NCBI GenBank assembly: GCA_965637545.1
Contig: OZ281496.1
Span: 28,210,001 to 28,274,000, forward strand
DNA from: Phallusia mammillata
Taxonomy: Eukaryota
Length of the DNA stretch: 64,000 nt
Direction: 5' to 3'
Positions 59,612 through 64,000 of the stretch are shown here, one piece after another (the first letter of the stretch is position 1; every line of letters starts with the position of its first letter). A program made the translations under genes and the position numbers. The notes beneath the pieces are model-generated. The model made no database searches and was not told the origin of the DNA. It saw only the letters and a program-made list of their open reading frames with translations.

Positions 59612-62600
59612 GGTATATCACTCGGGTTCATTCAGTGTTATATGTAAATAAGGTTTGATTTGCGCATGTTTTCTTCAGTTAAACGGAAAGGCTGAAAAGT
59701 TATCCATACTTAAAGTGTTACTTCCCCAGTTACATATCTTTACCACAGATCTAAAATCACCTTTAATGATGAAAATAACGGCCCAAATAGAAGAAACGTT
59801 TGAAAAATAAGGCATGTCGCTTTTTGCGTCTATTGGGGCCGTTATTTTCATTATCAAACTTACACACAGATCCGTACATAGTCTTTTCAAAATGTCTTAT
59901 AATAGCAAAGATCATATCATAAAATGTATATATATAGCTGTTTGAATAACCAAGCTTTTTAACAATTTCCCTTGTTTGATTTGTAAACATTATTCCAGTT
60001 AAATGTCTAAGCAGTTCTCTCTTGTAGGTATTCGATAAAACTTCTATACACTTGACCTCCTAAAGCTCATTAGATATCTGCTTCAAATATACCAGTACAC
60101 AAGTACATCCTTAGACCTTGACAATACTGGATTTCCTCAACGAAATTTGCAAAACTCTGACTACTTTTAAGACACCAATCGAGCTACCGAAAGTTTGTCT
60201 GTATAGAAACCATGGAATGAAACACAAACAAAACGCGCCTTGAAAGCGATTAACGCCACTGGCGGTGACAAGATTATTGCGAAGCACAAATCCCGTAAAA
60301 CTTAATCCCTTGTGTCAATATTCGTGAATAGTAATCACCAGCGAATCTAGTACAACGGTAAAAGACATTTTGCCGCTAATCCATTAGAATACTGTTCCCT
60401 TAATTGCGTGCTAGCACACTAATTTGATTCTAAAATCAATGATTTGTAATTTACAAACAAAAATGCGAAACGTTGTGTCTAAAAAAAGTCCAATGCAGCA
60501 TGAACAGAAGACATCTGACCCCAACATAGGGTTTGCTAAATAAGGCACAGTACGGTATAGCGGTTGGTAGTGCCAAAGGCAATGCAACCGCCAACGAGTT
60601 GAAAAGAAACTTTCTCACGGTAAATTTCGTTGCTGGGAAATATATAACGGGAAACTTTGTGTTGCCTGAAACGTTGGCATTCATGTTTTTTTGTGTGTGC
60701 TACTCTAAACTGCAAGTATTTTCTTAAATAAAGCGAATAATTGTAACAACGGTTGATCAGTACAAGAACATCTAAACTGCGATGGAATATGCATCTCAAA
60801 AACGGAGCCTACGTAATGCAGCCAGTCACGTAAAGACTTTGTTTGGGTATGCAATAAAGGCTAAAAAAACAACCGACTTTAGACAAGCAAGTTTACTGAA
60901 AAAGCAACCACTTTCAAAGAACTTACACGTTTTAAAAGCATCCCAATTTACTCCATTAAAGGGATTTAAAGCATTAGGAAATCAATCCTAAAGCACACAT
61001 AAACATTTGCAATAAATTAAGCTTTCGATTGTTACCACATCTTAAACAACCTAACCACCATCAGCAGTAGAGCAGGTCAACAGAACCAACTTCTAGAAGA
61101 AAGCATTTACCCGCAAACTTAGTAACTATAGTTTTTCGTCTTTACAAACGCACTGCAAAAAACGCGATACAGTGGTTTCCGTTGGCGATAAACGGACGTG
61201 CAATTCTATGGCAGCGTCAAGAAACGTCCATGCAGTTACGCGAGGGTGGTCAGAACACGGTTAAAAGTTTCAAGCAACGAAAGCTCTTGGAACAGGTGCC
61301 TGCAGATCTGGAGTTACCATGGGAACAAAGCAAAACGGAAACACGCTTGTGGCACGTTTTTCACTCTTGCGTGTTGGTTTACAAAACAAGACAACGTTAG
61401 CCAAATTCGCTCGACCTCCAAATATACTTTGTTTGTTGTGAATGCTCATGCACATTGAAACGAATACAGCGGCTTATTGTGTTTAGGAAGCTTGCAAATC
61501 GCTGTTTTGAAAACCCCAAAACAAATTTCTAGGCATCTTTTTGGAGTGCGAACCGGAACAGTTTTGGGCGAATAAATTTGTATTTTACAAAACAGGAAAA
61601 TTAGTGGACTTAGTACAAGAATTTGGGAAAGAGTGTGTTACAATTGTGGTTTTGTCACTACACTTACAATATATAGCAGACCATGTTAAAAATTCTTCAG
61701 TGAAAGTTTGATTGATTTCGGCCACATACCAACTTTAACTTTATTTACATGCCTTGCGAATGTCATTTAAATACTTCGCCATTTTTATTTCACCTTAAAC
61801 AAGGAAAAAAGAAAAGTAGTATACGTTTACCATGTCTTTTTTGAACTAACAAACAGAGAAACAAGTTCACCACAAATCCGGAAACGAGTTTAAACACTAA
61901 CAAGACAGCTGAACGACCAGAGAAAATTGTCAAAATAAATATCACCAACGGCACTCCAATAAAGGTAGCGTATAAATCATAATATTGCCCTTTCAATTGC
62001 TACTGAGGTTGGTCAGAAACGCACAAAGGGCTTCATTGTGACAGGGAACCCTTGGAGTCTTAAAAGGCAGCCAATGCGTCACTAAGCCATTACGATCTTG
62101 ATAGCAGTCTTGCGTGGACATTAAGCACCTAATAGTTTATCTTTCAAATGACTCAGGTTTTATTGGCTCCTGTTACAGAAAAACACCACCGCTCATAGTC
62201 CTCATACCAACTCAACTCAAACAACAGCGTTAAACTTAACATTAGAAAAATCCTGCTTGTAACTGAGATTAGAAAAATATCCTGTAAGTAACAAAATCAG
62301 TCAACAAATTTACATGGAATATATATGTATAGATTTCGCCTAAAAATCAAGTAGTACTAAAACATAGGCAAATTTGCAGACAAATTATTCTGTTTTACAG
62401 GCAACATTTTAAGCTCTGAATGAACACACAATGTACAACATACCGTCATTCTGTCTGTCTAAAATTTAATGAAAAACCTAAAACCTCACAAACACCACAA
62501 ACCTTGTATAATCAGTGTTTAGGAACCCTATCAACATACCGTTCCACTCCACTTGCTATGTAATTTAAACACTCCCTCCCTTCAGCTACCTTGCGCCATA

Positions 62601-64000
62601 GCCAAATTCCATCACGTTGAAATTAGGCAACTTACCCTTTTAGCACGCAAAGCAGCAATTTCACACTCCCCAGTTTTAGGCGCTTTTTCAGTCTTAGGAC
62701 TTTTTGGTACAAAAATTGTCTCACATAAATAAAAATGAAAATATAAAGTATTATTGCATGTTTCTCAATACAGTCTCAAAACAACGACTTTTGCCTAAAG
62801 TATAACGTTCAGTTCCGGGCAATGTTATAACATTCCTCTGGTACAGACAAAAAATGCGTTCCACAAATTCTCAACAACGGGTGGGGGACCACAAGTATGC
62901 AGGAAGCGCGAACTTGGCAAATACCTTCAGAGACCGCAAAAGAATCTCACGACCCACTTCACCCTTCTTTCTCCAAAAGTTGCACAAACAATTCAGCGAG
63001 CGACTCTTAACCTTCGATACGGCAAAGCTAAAGGCCGACAAACTGCGCCAAGTAGCAAAACACCCTCATCCCTGTCTTGAAAAGCGAAAAAAAACTCTCG
63101 CGTACTTCACTCTCCCGTTTGCAGTCGTTGGTGGCTGAACTGAGAACCCGTTGCTATTAAATTACTTGTAAGCAGCCAAGCGAAAAGGGCTACCCGCAGT
63201 GTCTTAACATAAACCCCTTGCGCTGCTTTTGATGAGCTAACCTAAGACAAAGCCATTCCATTCTCACCAACTGGTTTCGTGCAAAACAGGCGGTGGTATA
63301 ACTGACAAAAGGCACGGGGCAAACTTAGAAACCGCCTATGGTGATTTGTGCCAGCGGAAGCGGATGGATATTTGACATGACAGTTTTATTGGGTCCTTAA
63401 AAGGTCGACGCCGCTTGCTATTACAGGGAGTATAACAGTAGCGCATCCTTTAGCAGCATATCACGCTCCTAAACGTAGCGGGTAATTTCTATGCAACAGC
63501 AAACGGAATTGACATTCCATTTTTAGTAAAAATACCCACAGCGGATGCAATGCTACAGACGCTGTGACGTCATAATGGCATACCCCCGACGTGTCACGTT
63601 TTTGCTTAATGACAGGGATGACCGACTAATGAGTCAACGTACTTCTAAAGCTATCGTAACATTGCTCATCGCCATACAAGGGTGTTGTAGTGACAGACAG
63701 CAGTGACACTGTTTGTCAAGATAAACATGACGTTGCTAATGATCTTTGGCGCCATCGCCTGGTAACAACTAATCCCTAATTCTAAACTAACCAAACTTCA
63801 ACTACCCAACAAAGCTAACCATACTTAATGCCTATATGCTGTATAAGCAAACCTATCTTATGATTTTGTCCTGTTACTTACAAATCAAATATATATAGTG
63901 CACATTTTCAATTACTGATCCAAGTATTTAGCTATCTTTACTATCTCACTGCTGTGGTATTAAATTACACTGGATAATTACAGCTTGGGCGATTTTGTAA

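Noticed and set aside
62854-63138. 94-aa plus-strand ORF in a GC-richer patch
   Set aside because: No recognisable motif and no splice-linked continuation found.

Overview
AT-rich eukaryotic DNA, inferred to be an invertebrate chordate and most likely an ascidian (basis: protein similarity, intron style). The right 35 kb holds two ordinary minus-strand genes whose exons and reading phases I traced by hand. One is a 14-exon SLC2A/GLUT sugar transporter (28965-41595, 529 aa); the other is a zyxin/LPP/TRIP6-family triple-LIM protein (45023-50458, at least 378 aa). Four hAT-type MITEs with 8-bp target-site duplications (three perfect, one with a single mismatch) are also present. The left 26.6 kb is the unusual part: two paralogous, spliced, apparently non-coding Pol II host genes face each other. 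Array 1 (+ strand, about 310-11870) is 7 tandem ~1.55-kb units, each with its own CCAAT/Inr promoter, short exons and introns carrying conserved stem-loops. Array 2 (- strand, about 17700-26575) has the same promoter and exon 1 once, and amplified internal exon-intron-hairpin modules instead (644-bp period). Between them lies a foldback-like satellite block: a TG-rich arm, a central pyrimidine/CAG satellite, then the inverted CA-rich arm. Hairpin arms are conserved and stems show structure-preserving changes, so the best reading is a lineage-specific intronic miRNA-like cluster. This identity is inference only; I recognised no known small-RNA family.
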